Origin: Vicugna vicugna
Lineage: Eukaryota
DNA: 64,000 nucleotides
Reading direction: 5' to 3'
NCBI GenBank assembly: GCA_013265495.1
Contig: MU060401.1
Span: forward strand, 186,001 to 250,000
The notes beneath the pieces are model-generated. The model did not search any database. It saw only the letters and a list, made by a program, of their open reading frames with translations, and was not told where the DNA came from. The translations under genes were made by a program, and so were the position numbers. Shown one piece after another: positions 1 through 11,620 of the stretch (within the stretch, counting starts at the first letter, position 1; the number at the start of each line of letters is the position of its first letter).

Positions 1-801
1 TGTCAGCAGCATCCATGCCCCCGGGCCGTGGTTGTATCTGCAACAGGAGGGACATTCATTGTTGAACAAGCACAGTGACAAGATGTAGGCTTTTCCAGAG
101 CTGTCACCGTGTGATGTGCCCGCTCCAGGGAGGCAATGTTTCTTTTAGAGATGGACTGTTCCTAGTCGACCAGATCACCTCTGTCTTAAGAAAGAAATTC
201 AAGGTGATCGGGGTCGGGACACATCTCCAGTGAGGCTGACAAACTGCACTTCCCAGGGCGGCGCTGAGGGACACAACTGCACAGTAATGAGCCTGCATCT
301 CTGCTAGACCCCGCACTCCACCACGAGCGAGGGGGGCAAGAAGCCCGCAGTTTGAATAGACAGCAGCCTAGCCAGAGCGAGACCGAGTGGCCCGTGGTGT
401 TTTCCTCCATCAGTCCCTATGAAGGCCATTTGCTTCTGAGGACTGGCTGGGTCCTCCCCAGTTACTTCCAAGAGCAAGAGTGGAAAGAGCACTGGTATGG
501 GGTCCCGTAGACCTAGAATTAAATCTTTGTTCTGCCATCAATTAGTTTCGGGTCTCAGGTAGGTCACTTCAGCTGGACCTCTGTTCCATCATGGAAGATA
601 CGAGGGTGAGCATGCCATGGCTTCTCACTTCATGCGGCTCATTGCAAAGATCCCCAGATGCAAAGAAGCGAGCTGTAGTTCAGATGTGGGCCCTGCAGCC
701 ACATTGCCTGGCTCCAGTCCTAGCTCAGATATAAGCTGTGTTTCCTTGGGCAGGTGACTTAGCCTCTCTGGGCTTCAGTTTCTTCTATATTGAATGGGAA
801 T

Positions 802-947
802 TTGTTTCGTTTTGTTTGGTTTTTGTAGGGAGGGGGTGGTAATTAGGTTTATTTATGTTTAGAGACAGTACTGGGCATTGAACTCAGGACCTTGTGCATG
901 CTAAGCGTGCGCTCTACCACTTGAGCTACACCATCCCCCCCCCCGCC
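802..947 (-). mobile_element. tRNA-Ala-derived camelid SINE (vic-1-like) inserted into a MIR
   Basis: A/B boxes and the AGC anticodon region are present. Perfect 11-bp TSD TGAATGGGAAT at 791-801 and 948-958. MIR sequence continues on both sides (~700-1045). Confidence 0.9.
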
Positions 948-1214
948 TGAATGGGAATATTAATACTTAACTCATTCTAACGTAAGGGTCATTCTCAGGA
1001 TTTACTGAGACAATACATGTAAAGCACTTAGCAAAGTGCATGTCCAAATTAATAATATTAATTGTAAGAACATATGGGAAAAGACTTTATAAGCTGTAAG
1101 TTATCATTTCTGTGCACTATTTACCATGACGTTCGAGGATCACGTTTACTACTCTAAGAAAACTAAGTGAGTGGTTTATAATTGGATGGTTGTTTTACAT
1201 AATTTAAAATTTTC

Positions 1215-1360
1215 AGGGGTTGGGAGAGTATAGCTCAGTGGTAGGGCGTGTGCTTAGCATGCACAAGGTCCTGGGTCCTGGGTTCAATTCCCAGTACCTC
1301 CATTAAAAAATAAATATATAATAAATGAATAAATAAATTATCTAATTCCCTCCCCCCAAA
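1215..1360 (+). mobile_element. vic-1-like SINE with internal 7-bp tandem duplication (GGTCCTG x2)
   Basis: TAGCTCAGTGG A box, GGTTCAATTCC B box, A-rich tail with the CTAATT-C-rich block, and an imperfect TSD aaaa(t/g)tttc. Confidence 0.88.
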
Positions 1361-2120
1361 AAAAGTTTCCTCTTGGATGAAAGCATTCACCTTGGCCCAC
1401 AAAGTGGGTAAACTGTAAAGTACTTAGACATCACTGTAAATGGCTGGTTTCTTATTCCACTCACCTTAACTTTCTGCCAATTGTATGCAAGACACTATGG
1501 CAGAGATGTTTATACAAATAAGTCCATTTTAACCTCATTGGGCTGAGACTGTCATCCCCACTAGGAAGAAAATTGGGCCTCAGAGAGGTTAATGGCCTAA
1601 ATGCACTCAGTCAGCACTAGAATGTAACCAACATGAGATGAAGACCAAGACCTTGAGATGTTCAAGTCCAGTGCTCCTTCCAGGGAAAAAGAACATCTTA
1701 AGGCATCTTGTAGAAATGATAACAGGCTGTCAATTATCAAGCTCTTCAGAGCTGTCTTAATACGGGTCTAATCTGCTTGATGCTAAGGGAATGATGTCGG
1801 CTTGAGTTCCTGGGCGCCCAGGTGTCACCAGTAGAGCCCAGAGGCGTGACCGTAATCCTGGCCCTGGAAGAATCCCTTCCTCCTCTCTGTTCACCTCCAG
1901 GGCCCACGGCCTGACCCGTCAGACTCCACTGCCCTTATAGGTCAAGTTCTGCCAATGCACGAGTTTCAGTCTTTTTTCTTTCTGCTTTATTGCTCCGAGG
2001 ATTGAAGAGGTACCAAAGGGTCAAACAAAGCCACATAGCCTGAGGCACACTGGTTACTCCTGAAACCCTTTCCGCTTTGTCCCACACCGCCCCCATCTGA
2101 CTTTTCTCATCTCCCCAAAG

Positions 2121-2235
2121 CTAAGTACATCGGCTGCTACCTGGACGACACCCAGAGCCGGGCCCTGCGAGGCGTGTCCTTTTTCGACTACAAAAAGATG
2201 ACTGTCTTCCGTTGCCAAGACAACTGCGTGGAACG
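2121..2235 (+). CDS. WSCD2: WSCD2 coding exon (first half of WSC domain 1: AKYIGCYLDDTQSRALRGVSFFDYKKMTVFRCQDNCVER)
   Basis: Acceptor ctccccaaag ends at 2120 and donor GTAGGG starts at 2236. The 115-nt exon is phase 1 to phase 2 and translates to the recognisable WSC N-terminal half. It was not reported by the ORF track. Confidence 0.97.
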
Positions 2236-3671
2236 GTAGGGCCCCGACGTCCCAGGCTCCGTGCATTCAGACCCCCTCCTTCTCAGGTCCCTTCCTGCGG
2301 TGGTCTTTCCTTTTCCATGGGACGGCATGATGGAGGATGAACAAGTGACTGCAAGGGAGGGGTGATGCCAGAGAGAGTGTGTGTGTGCGCGTGCACGTGT
2401 ACACACGTACATGCGTGCAAGCGAGCAGGGAGTTGGTCTGGGGGTTTGTTGTGCAGTTGTGTGACGCTGTGCCTGGAAGTGCGTTTGCAGTGTATATAGT
2501 GCAGGGTCAGCTGGATGTGTCTGTGGCCTTGATGCCAATACGTAATTATCTTTAAATAATAATGGCTGTGAGTCCCGGAGTCTGTGGACATGTTTGCAAG
2601 GGTCCAGAACTGTGGGAAAAGCACAAGGGGATGTTAACGTGATGCAAGTGTGAGGCTTATGGGATGTCTGTGGGAAGGGTGAGGGGGGGACCCTGGGTAT
2701 CAGGGACACTTAATGACTTCCCAGCCAAGAAATGATTTGTTTCTCTCCCAGAGAAAAACACTCACCTGTCCAGACAGTGTTTTCCAGTCGAGGAAGAAAG
2801 CGATGTTCTTGATTAGGGGAGGGAGCTGACTTTCCAAGAGTGGGCAAGGCTCCAGAGGACTGGCGAGTGGGGACGGGACCGGCAATCCGGGCCTGGGAAC
2901 CAGCATTTCTGCCCTAGAGGCACCATGGAGTGAGCTGACCATCTCTTCCCATGTGCCCTGGGTCCCTTGACCTGCGGTGGCTTGTAAGAGGCCCCTGACA
3001 TGCTCACCTTCAGAACAGCCAGCTGCCTCTGGAGGTCACAAGCTCTGAAGGACCTCGGATGCATGGCTGGAAGGAAACTGGGCAAGTCCCTCTGTCCCTG
3101 GTTAGGAAACAGGATGTGTCTCCTTTATCATCAGCTTCTGGAATAGTCCACCATTGACATCCTGAGCCCAAGACTGTCTCCGGCTTGGGAAAGACTCCAA
3201 GCTCTTGGTGATATTGATTCATTCATTTATTTATTGAATGATGGAGAGACAGAATTTCAGAGGCCATGCCCGCCTACGGGTCCTTGGGAGTTGGAGAGTT
3301 GATATTTGCAAAGCAAACGTTTGGGAGCCGTGCCCGGCACAGAGCAGGTCTAGGTTGTTGCTGTTCTGTGGCCCAAGCAGGTACATGCGTCAGTCTCCCC
3401 CGCGAGCTGGGGAGCCCCTTGGGGGCAGGGCTGTGGCCGACTCATCTCGGCATCAATCTGGAAGCCAAAAATATTTGCCAAACTGAATCCCACAAGTTGA
3501 TCTGACTCATCTTCTGAAGCTCACCTTGGCTGTTTCTTCCTCTCAGAAGGCCCTCCTGACACCCCAGGCCGGCTGGGGGCCTCCTCTGCAATTCCACAAT
3601 CTGCGACTGATCCCATCTCCACCCTCGTCTCACTATGCCGGCCTTTTCTGGTTACCCTGTCTCTCCATCTA

Positions 3672-3860
3672 GGCGGTGAGCCCCAGGAGGTGCACGTCAG
3701 TGTCACCTGGAATCTTTCAAAACAGATTGCTGGGTGCCCCCCTCCATTCCCCACTTTTTGATTTGGCAGGTTTGGGGTGGGGCCCGAGAATTTGCATTTT
3801 TAACAAGTTCCCAGGTGCTGCGGATGCTGCTGGTCCTGGGACCACGATGTGATTTCCACA
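3672..3860. mobile_element. MER5A-like hAT-Charlie fossil
   Basis: Diagnostic segment ggtggggcccgagaatttgcatttttaacaagttcccaggtg...gatgctgctggtcc. Further MER5-like copies lie at ~6320-6480, ~24505-24655 and ~29145-29290. Confidence 0.75.
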
Positions 3861-5331
3861 CCCCGCTGGGAAGCTTCAAACACTCCTGTGCCCAGTGGTC
3901 CTCCTACCAGTGGGTCCAACTGTATGAGATGGGCCCCAGGGGTGCCCGAGAACCAGGGCTTGAGAGAGACAGAGACTGAGGCAGGCAGGTGGGAGAGGAG
4001 GCTGGCCCAGCTCTAAGATGCCCACTTAGTTTAAGCTGCTCTTGTCGCATCTGCTCAGATGACCACGTGATCACACGCCACCCCAAGTAGCTGGGGTGTT
4101 TGGAGACACGAGTCTGGGTCAGTCTGTCTCTCCAGCCAGCCCCCAGAAGTCCCAAGTGAAGGCTGACGGTTCCCAGTGGTTCCGCCTCTCATGACCAGCA
4201 TTTCAGAGGCTGCTCCCTGGAGGGGCCTTCGCAATTCTGGAAAATTCCTCAGAGGTCGCTGTGGGAAAGAGGGCTGAGCAGGGATTGTCGTCCCCGCCCC
4301 TCATCAGACCCACTCCCTGGAACCAGAGCAAGCAGTTCCCTTCTCATCTGTTTACAGAACGGGACCTGACAAAGAGCCCTTTTTAGGAAAGATTCCATAG
4401 CTATGAGGGGAAAAAAAAAGTTGAAAACCTTGCAGTGCCTGGATTTTTTTTTTTGTTGTTGTTTTAAGGAAAGGAATTTTTTTTACTTGGCTGGATATGT
4501 GACCTCGATTTTATCATCTTCCAAAGAGGTATGAGAGTCCCTGCCTCCTCCCCTGGGTCCAGCCGCTCCTCTCGGGGTGTAGAGGCATCATTCCTGGGGA
4601 ACGTTTCCTGGAATATAGGGGCTGGACTCTGCAGATATGATTGGCTCATGGCTCTAGATGGGGAAGAACCAGAGAGTGGGGTGGGATGAAACGACCACAG
4701 GATCCAAGGGGCGTGTGTGCTGAGTGTGCCATGTTCTGAAAGTGTATGTAGGTGGGTGTGAATATGGACGTGGTGTGTCTATGTGGGTAGGTGTGTAGTG
4801 GGTGTGAGACATCAAGTTGGGGGTGAAAGCAGGTGGTCCTGGGATCTTGTTCCCTCACAGGGCCTCCCTGTATTCCTTCTTGGCTTCCTGCCTTCGTTCC
4901 TTCCTCCAAGACTTTTTAACCCCTCAGCCTCCCTGACCCTGAGAGGGTCTCCTTATTCTCAGGCCAGATCCCCCTGTCCCTAGAGCACTCCTGTCCCCCA
5001 GGTCACCTTGGGTCTCCCTGCTCCACTCAGGGCCCCCTCGCCCCACCATCCAGGGAAACAGGGAGACCCTCACCCCACTCTGCCCATTTCCCTGGGGTCT
5101 CCCTGTCTCCTAGAAGCCCCTGTCTACCAGCTCTCCACTCTGGATTGGTCTCCTGTCCCCTGAGGTCTCCTGTGTCCCCAGGGGGCTCTCTGTTACCTCC
5201 ACCCCTCATCATCATGTCTCCCCATTTCCCTGGGGACCTCCTATCTGCCAGGCCTCCTGGATGGGTGAGTCTCCCTTTCCTTGGGGTCTGCTTGGTGGCA
5301 GCTGCCCTGGCCTGACAGCAGCCTCCCCTAG

Positions 5332-5516
5332 GGGCTACTTGTATGCCGGGCTGGAGTTCGGCGCCGAGTGCTACTGCGGCCACAAGATCCAGGCGACGAA
5401 CGTGAGCGAGGCGGAGTGTGACATGGACTGCAAGGGCGAGCGGGGCAGCGTGTGCGGTGGCGCCAACCGCCTCTCCGTCTACCGGCTGCAGCTGGCCCAG
5501 GAGTCAGCCCGCAGGT
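5332..5516 (+). CDS. WSCD2: WSCD2 coding exon (second half of WSC domain 1: GYLYAGLEFGAECYCG...CGGANRLSVYRLQLAQESARR)
   Basis: AG at 5330-5331, donor GTACGT at 5517. 185 nt; the frame joins the previous exon (CG|G = Arg) and the next (T|AT = Tyr). WSC cysteine pattern present. Confidence 0.97.
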
Positions 5517-7155
5517 GTACGTGAGTCGGCCCCTGCCCCTCTCTGCCCTCCAGCCACATCCCTCACCCTCACCCGTCTTCCTCCTTAACAAGCAGCTAGA
5601 ACCTGAGCTGGCCTGTCCTTGCTGGTTTTCTGAAAGCAGATCGTCTCTAGTGACGATGACAATGATGATGACAGCAAACACTTCATCATCTTCTAAGAGC
5701 TGTAAATAGAAGAGCACACCTACTCCTCACAGTGACCCTGGAAATTGGCACTGTTACTCACCTACTCCCATTTTACAGATGGAGAAACTGAGGCTCGATG
5801 TCACATGAGCAGCAGAGGATTTAAGCCAACTCCAGAACTTACGTCCTTAACGCTCCTATAAAGAGAATTTATCCCTCTCTTGTCAGTGCCTCAGTCTTGT
5901 TGGGAAAACTCTCCAGTTTCCAAGCTGTTGGAGGGAAGGGGATGAACAGGAGAGGACAGGAGCCACCCCCTCTTCTGTGGGTGTTGTCCCATTGTCCCAT
6001 CTCTGGATGTATAAGAACAGTTAATATCTATTTACCAAGAATGCACTGTGTGCCAGGCCCTGTGCTGAGCCCCTACAGTCTTTACAGGCAATTGCCACTG
6101 TTAATTATCCCCAATTTACAGTGAGGAAACTGAGGCTTAATGAATTTAAGTAAGCCTGCCCAAGGTCACAGTCCTGTGACCTTAAAGATGACCTTCAAAC
6201 TTACAAGAAGAGCTAATGGCTTTGACGAAACATGGAAGGCTGAGGTTTGTCCTGCTTACTCTTCTGATACAGCCCCAAGGTACGAACGGGAATCCACAGC
6301 TTCCCCTGCAACCTTTTGACTTCCCAAATTTGAATGTGCTGTGGGATGCTAGGGAGATCTTGATAAAATGCAGATTCCAATTCAGCGGGTCGGGGTGAGA
6401 TGCTGCGGTTACTAAGGCGTTCCCAGGCGATGCTCCGCTGCTGCTCCACTGGCCACACTTTGAATACTAAGTCCTTAGACCTCAGTGGGGCGGACGAGGT
6501 CCGCCCACAACGTAGGCCTGCCCACCCAGCGGACTTGGCAGAACCTTCATGCCTGTCTGAGTGCAGAGAAAGGCCTTTTCCATGTGAATGTCATTGTTGA
6601 TAAAAAATTCACTGCTGGCTTGCTTGACGATGTGTTCTGTTTTCCATATCCCATGTCTTTGAAGCCCTGTTCAAGCTGCACTCTGCGGCAGGGTGGTCAA
6701 GTGTGCTGCCGGCTTGCAAAGCAGCCGGTTTCCACGCCATCTACATCCCCTTCATTGCTCTCAGTTCACCCCAGTCTGAAGGTCCGGCTGGCAGAGGGCG
6801 GGGAGGGTGTGTGAAATCCAGGCTGGATGACATCCTCATGGCGAGTGTCTGGTTTGGACGATAGAGTGATGAGGTTTTCATTTGATGGCTGATTTATCAT
6901 CCCCAGGACTGATTTTTTTATGCCAATATTTACGCTATTTTGATGGTGACTCTGACCACCTGAAGTGATGGGCTTAAAGTCATGTGTGTTTAGAGAGAAA
7001 GCTGCTACGGGTGATACTGAGCTAGATAACACGAGTTAGGCTGTGTATGTCAACAGCTGATATTAGCTGGACCTCCTTTTGGGCAACGTTCAGATTGCCT
7101 AGGTAATGTGAGCCTTCTCCTGTCTCTCGGTCTCTGTCTCTGACTTTGTCTGTCT

Positions 7156-7195
7156 CACACACACACACACGCACACACACACACACACACACACA
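7156..7195. repeat. (CA)n microsatellite, about 20 units with one interruption
   Basis: Directly visible in the sequence. Confidence 0.97.
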
Positions 7196-9323
7196 GTTGA
7201 GATCACCTGATATAATAACGCTCTCATGGACCATTGAAGACTTTTCAATCAGCTGAAATTTATGTCTCAACACACAGCGAGACCACTGACTCTGTTACAA
7301 TCAGGTATGTTTTGTCCTTGTCGCAGTGGGAGGGCTGGCTGGGTGGTCGCCACCGAGAAACCCCTGAGGCTGCAGGAATGCTGTGGTACCCCTCAGCTGG
7401 CCCACATCTGTGGGGTGGTATTTTGTTCCATCTGAGAAAGGAATCTTTATATTTATGTCCAAGATGGGGAACACATTCTTTTCTACTGAGAGGGGGAGTC
7501 CTGGAGCCTCTAAGTCCACCCCAGTTGTTCTGAATCATCACTGGAGAAGGTTTGAGGTTTGGGCACCTTCAGCCAGAGACTCCAGAAGGAGATCTCAGCC
7601 TTACTAACCTCAAGGCTACTGTGGCTGAGATGAGAATGGAGGTGACCTGGACTAGGAGACACATGGTTGGCGATGTGTCTAACTGGGGCTCCTGGTGGGC
7701 TTTCTCTCATGATACATGGAGAGAGCGTGGGGATTGTTCATTGAACCAAAATGTTCGATGAGCTCCCCTGTGGGTTAGGCATGGAGAGGACAATGGGGGA
7801 TAAAGCACAGTCCCTGCCCTCAAGGAGATCACCATCTAGTGGAGAGACAAACCCAAGATCTGTTTGAGCGTGGCAGTTCTACATAGGAACCAAGAAAGCC
7901 ACATTTGAGCTGAATCTCATTCTAAGATTTCCAGGTGTAAGGGAGAGGCATGTATTCAGCCATGAGCAAAAATCCAGGGTCAGCAAAGGCTATGTTTTGA
8001 ATGACCCGTTGGAAGCCCCTTCCTCGCTGATGTTCCATTTCACAGCTTTAGAAACTGAGGCCCAGACAGCAGAAGTGGCTAAACTGCACAGCCCTAGGGG
8101 ATGCTCCACAGAGAAGGGCTGACTGATTAGGGCCTTGAAAGATGCATAGGGTTTTGCCTGGTTTAGAAGAGGAGAATATCTAGACTCAAGACAAATTATC
8201 AAAGGATGGGAAAGAAATCTAGGCAAAGGGAACAGAGTGTGCAAAAGCTGAGAGGTAATTTTAGGAGATGAAGGGAAGGCATGGTTTTTCTAAGGCTGCA
8301 GTGCTTGTCAGGGGCTGAGCATGCACTGGAACCCAGGTCTCTGTCTCCTAGTTTGAGTGCTAACTCACTGCAGTGCTATGGACACTCTGACCTCGTGGAT
8401 TGGATTCTGGGCTCCGTTGCCTCTCCTTTGGGAGTTGTCCTTGGATCTAACCTACCTCCTTTCTTCCCTGACCCGTGATCTCTCTCTCTCTCTCTGCCCA
8501 CTTCCTGACTCACAGCAATGCAGAATATCCAGTAGTCTTTGCTCTGACCCAGTGGCACCCTTGGCTCCCCATTCCTGAGATCTGATTTATACACAAATAA
8601 ATCAGAAAGGGAGGCTCTCCAAGCCACTGGAACATGACACTAGCATGTGTGACATTAGGCAGGGCAGTGAGAAAACACCCCAGGAAACAGGTATGGTAGA
8701 AACCAGAGTCCCTTTGTAGGGTCGTTAGTTCACATTAACACTGTGTCCTAATTTGTGTTTCCCTGAGCAGTGGCACAGATCTCTTAATGACTGTGAAGAT
8801 CCGAAGGAGGCTTATTTTCCTTCAGGCTCCACTCTGATGGGGTGGTCTGCCTTGCATAGGGAGCCAGCCTACATGTTTCAGAGGTGATGGAATGCTCCTA
8901 TGGTAGTGAAAGCATTAAAAGGTTGGCAGAGCAAATGTCTGCAGGCACCCTGCCATTCTTCCTTGACACAGACTCTCCGGCACATGGACTCTTTGCCCTC
9001 GTTACAAAGGAACCGAGAAATGGACTTCCTTCTTGGTTGGATTACATTTTTCACAGCAGTTTGCTGAATATATCAGCAAGTGTAGCTCTCCTCCCAGGGG
9101 CAAAGGCCTGCTGGTGATTTGAGAACATTATGGCTTTATAGGATATTGTAAGAAATTTCATTTGCCTGAAAGAAGATTCTTGCAAGATTTGTATTGCAAC
9201 GTTCATTAGAACTACACATAAAAAATATATATATACACACATATATACTTTTTTATATGCATATGCACATATACGTACATACAGAGAGAGGAGGGGAGAG
9301 GCAGAGAGAGCTTGGTCCTGTGG

Positions 9324-9344
9324 GTGGCTGTCCGTGGTGCTGAC
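9324..9344 (-). promoter_or_regulatory. RE1/NRSE (REST-binding site)
   Basis: Minus strand reads GTCAGCACCACGGACAGCCAC against consensus TTCAGCACCACGGACAGCGCC: 17 consecutive identities covering both half-sites and the canonical 2-nt spacer. Confidence 0.9.
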
Positions 9345-10186
9345 CATCCTCCAGTGCAGCCTCTGCCCGGGCTCAGCGCTCTTTCCTCTTGTTTTTTTCT
9401 TTTATATCTTTGTGAAACTATTATGAAGCTTACAATATCAATGGGGAAAAAAAAACATCTTGACATCTGGGTCACAATTTACATAGGGAATTTTGTATAC
9501 TGTTGTTAGTTCTGGCAACTTTTTTGTCTTTGGACCAAAAGTTAGAAGGGGAATGTGTTCAATACCTGTGCTTTGTGCTCAGTGATGCTCCATGTTAGCC
9601 ACTTCTGCTGAGGGGAGCCTCCAATGATGATGGGGAGTCACACTGGGTGGATGGACCATGTCTAGCTCCTTCTCTGCCTGGCCTGGAAGCTTCTTCCTTT
9701 CCCTTGATAGACGCCTGGGACCCCTGAATTTTATGATTCATCTGAGTCTTCATGAGTTCTGCTGTGTAGGGCCAACAAGATGAGAGCTGGAAATTTTTTC
9801 TCCTTCTGCATCATGATGTGAGATAATTGATTTGCTCTTCTCCCTGAACCAAAATCCAGGAAGGCTGTGGGAGCAATGTAGGTTTTGAAATCAGGCAGAT
9901 ATTATTTCTACCCCCAGCCCTTCCAGTTTCTTGCTGTGCTGATTTTGGTCAAGTCACTTATTCTGAGCCTCAAGTGCCTCATCTGTAAAATGAGGACCAT
10001 TCCAACCTTTGAAGATTGCTATGACCACCAGGTGAAATAAAAGTGAGCATACACATAGCACAGGGCCTGTTATGGAGTGGTGGCGAAGCACCCTCCTTCC
10101 TAAAATGAAAGCTCCTCGATTCACTCTGAGCAGCACCCAACTCGAGCTATTTGAATTTCCAACAGCTCACAGGAGCCTTTGGTGAT

Positions 10187-10200
10187 GGCTAAAAATAGCC
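10187..10200. promoter_or_regulatory. MEF2 site
   Basis: GGCTAAAAATAGCC is the optimal CTA(A/T)4TAG core with self-complementary flanks, and is not in an obvious repeat. Confidence 0.6.
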
Positions 10201-11044
10201 GGTTTGAATTCTCCTTGGACAGGTAGGCTCTTTGTGTAATTCAATCTGTCTCTGATTGTAGGTAGCCATTAACAGCTCCCAGCTCACTGCCTTTCCTCCT
10301 CACTGGCATCTTTAATGCAGTGGAGCTTGGCCTAATTACCCAGGGGGTGGTGGCCTCTTTCAAACCAAGGAGAACTCTTCCACGCCTGCCTTTAAGCTGA
10401 TGCCTGGTGGCATTTACCTCATTTTTGTGAAGCCCCAGAACAAAGAGTTGATGGACTTCAGAGATACTTGCAGCTGGTTCCGGGCCATTTTTCATCTGCC
10501 CCCAGCAAAGAGAGCTGGCGAACAGCGGCTCTGCTCGCCTCTTGCTAGTAAAAACCCCAAGCTGCTGAGGTCATGCACTATCCCAGCTGGCCTGGCAATG
10601 AAGATCTGACATTCTCAGAATATGGGGCACAGGCTTCTGTGATCCTTGGACCCCTACTATGGAGACTGAGAGGGTTTCTGGGAAATTCAGGTGGCTGGCA
10701 CGGTCTCTCTGGAGCCCAACCATGTTAGGATTCAGCAGGCCTCCTGCAGAACAGCAGAGAGGTGGGAAACCAGAATGTGATGTCAAATAAGATTGGGGTC
10801 AGATCCCAACTCTGCTCCCTACTAGCTGTATGAGCTGGATAAGTGATCAAATCTTATTACATCTCAGGGTCTCCACCTGCAGAACAGGATAATAGTATTG
10901 CCTGCCTCTTAGGTTGTTGTGAGGATTAATTGAGATGCAATATATGTGACACACTTAGCACTACTTACATACAGTAAACAGCTGTCATTATCACCTTTGC
11001 TGCTACTCTTCAGCAAGGGTTGGTCATTAAGAAGGTACTACTCA

Positions 11045-11135
11045 GGGTTGCTGCTATTGGCCATAGGCTGTGTACTGCACAACTCCAGGGGGCACCATTT
11101 GCATGGCCTACAGGCTGTCAAGAGCAGTGGCTAGA
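11045..11135. mobile_element. MER91-like hAT fossil carrying a CTCF-like motif
   Basis: ctgcacaactccagggggcaccatt resembles the MER91 core as I recall it. Confidence 0.55.
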
Positions 11136-11189
11136 AACTCCATGCAGGATTTCCCTTGTGAATTAAGAATGCTTAAAGATCCAAGATAC

Positions 11190-11620
11190 TATAATTTGGT
11201 TTCCCCCAGATAGAAGGATGGGAGCTTTGGTTTATTTGAGAGGTGACCCCAGGATGCATCTCCAGGGAGTGCAGAAGTGAGACAGAGAAGGAGCCAACAC
11301 AAGCCTGTACAATGCAGGTCACTACTGAGGACAGATGAAGCTTAATCCCACCAGGGAACCATGGGAGACAATGGAGAAGATGCTTCAGAGGTGTCTCACT
11401 GGAGGGGCAGGACGCTGCAGTATTTATCCACCAACGTTCACCCATCATTGGCTGAGAGTGTCATTAACTTACTGGCAAGTGCAGCCTGTCCCTCACAGGT
11501 CCTAGGTATTTACAGAAGGCCACTGTCAGCCTATACTGGGATGATGAGTACCAGGAGTGTATTAATGGGCACTGAGAGTGTCTTCCACGTAGGATCTGGC
11601 CACTCTTCACATATCACGAG
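11190..11620. mobile_element. Old ERVL/MaLR-class LTR fragment (LTR16/LTR33-like)
   Basis: ggtttatttgagaggtgaccccagg...gtgagacagagaagg...tttatccaccaac pattern; family uncertain. Confidence 0.45.

Noticed and set aside
6860-6965. Possible C/D-box snoRNA (GTGATGA ... CTGA)
   Set aside because: No terminal stem, no evident rRNA complementarity, and far from any splice site.
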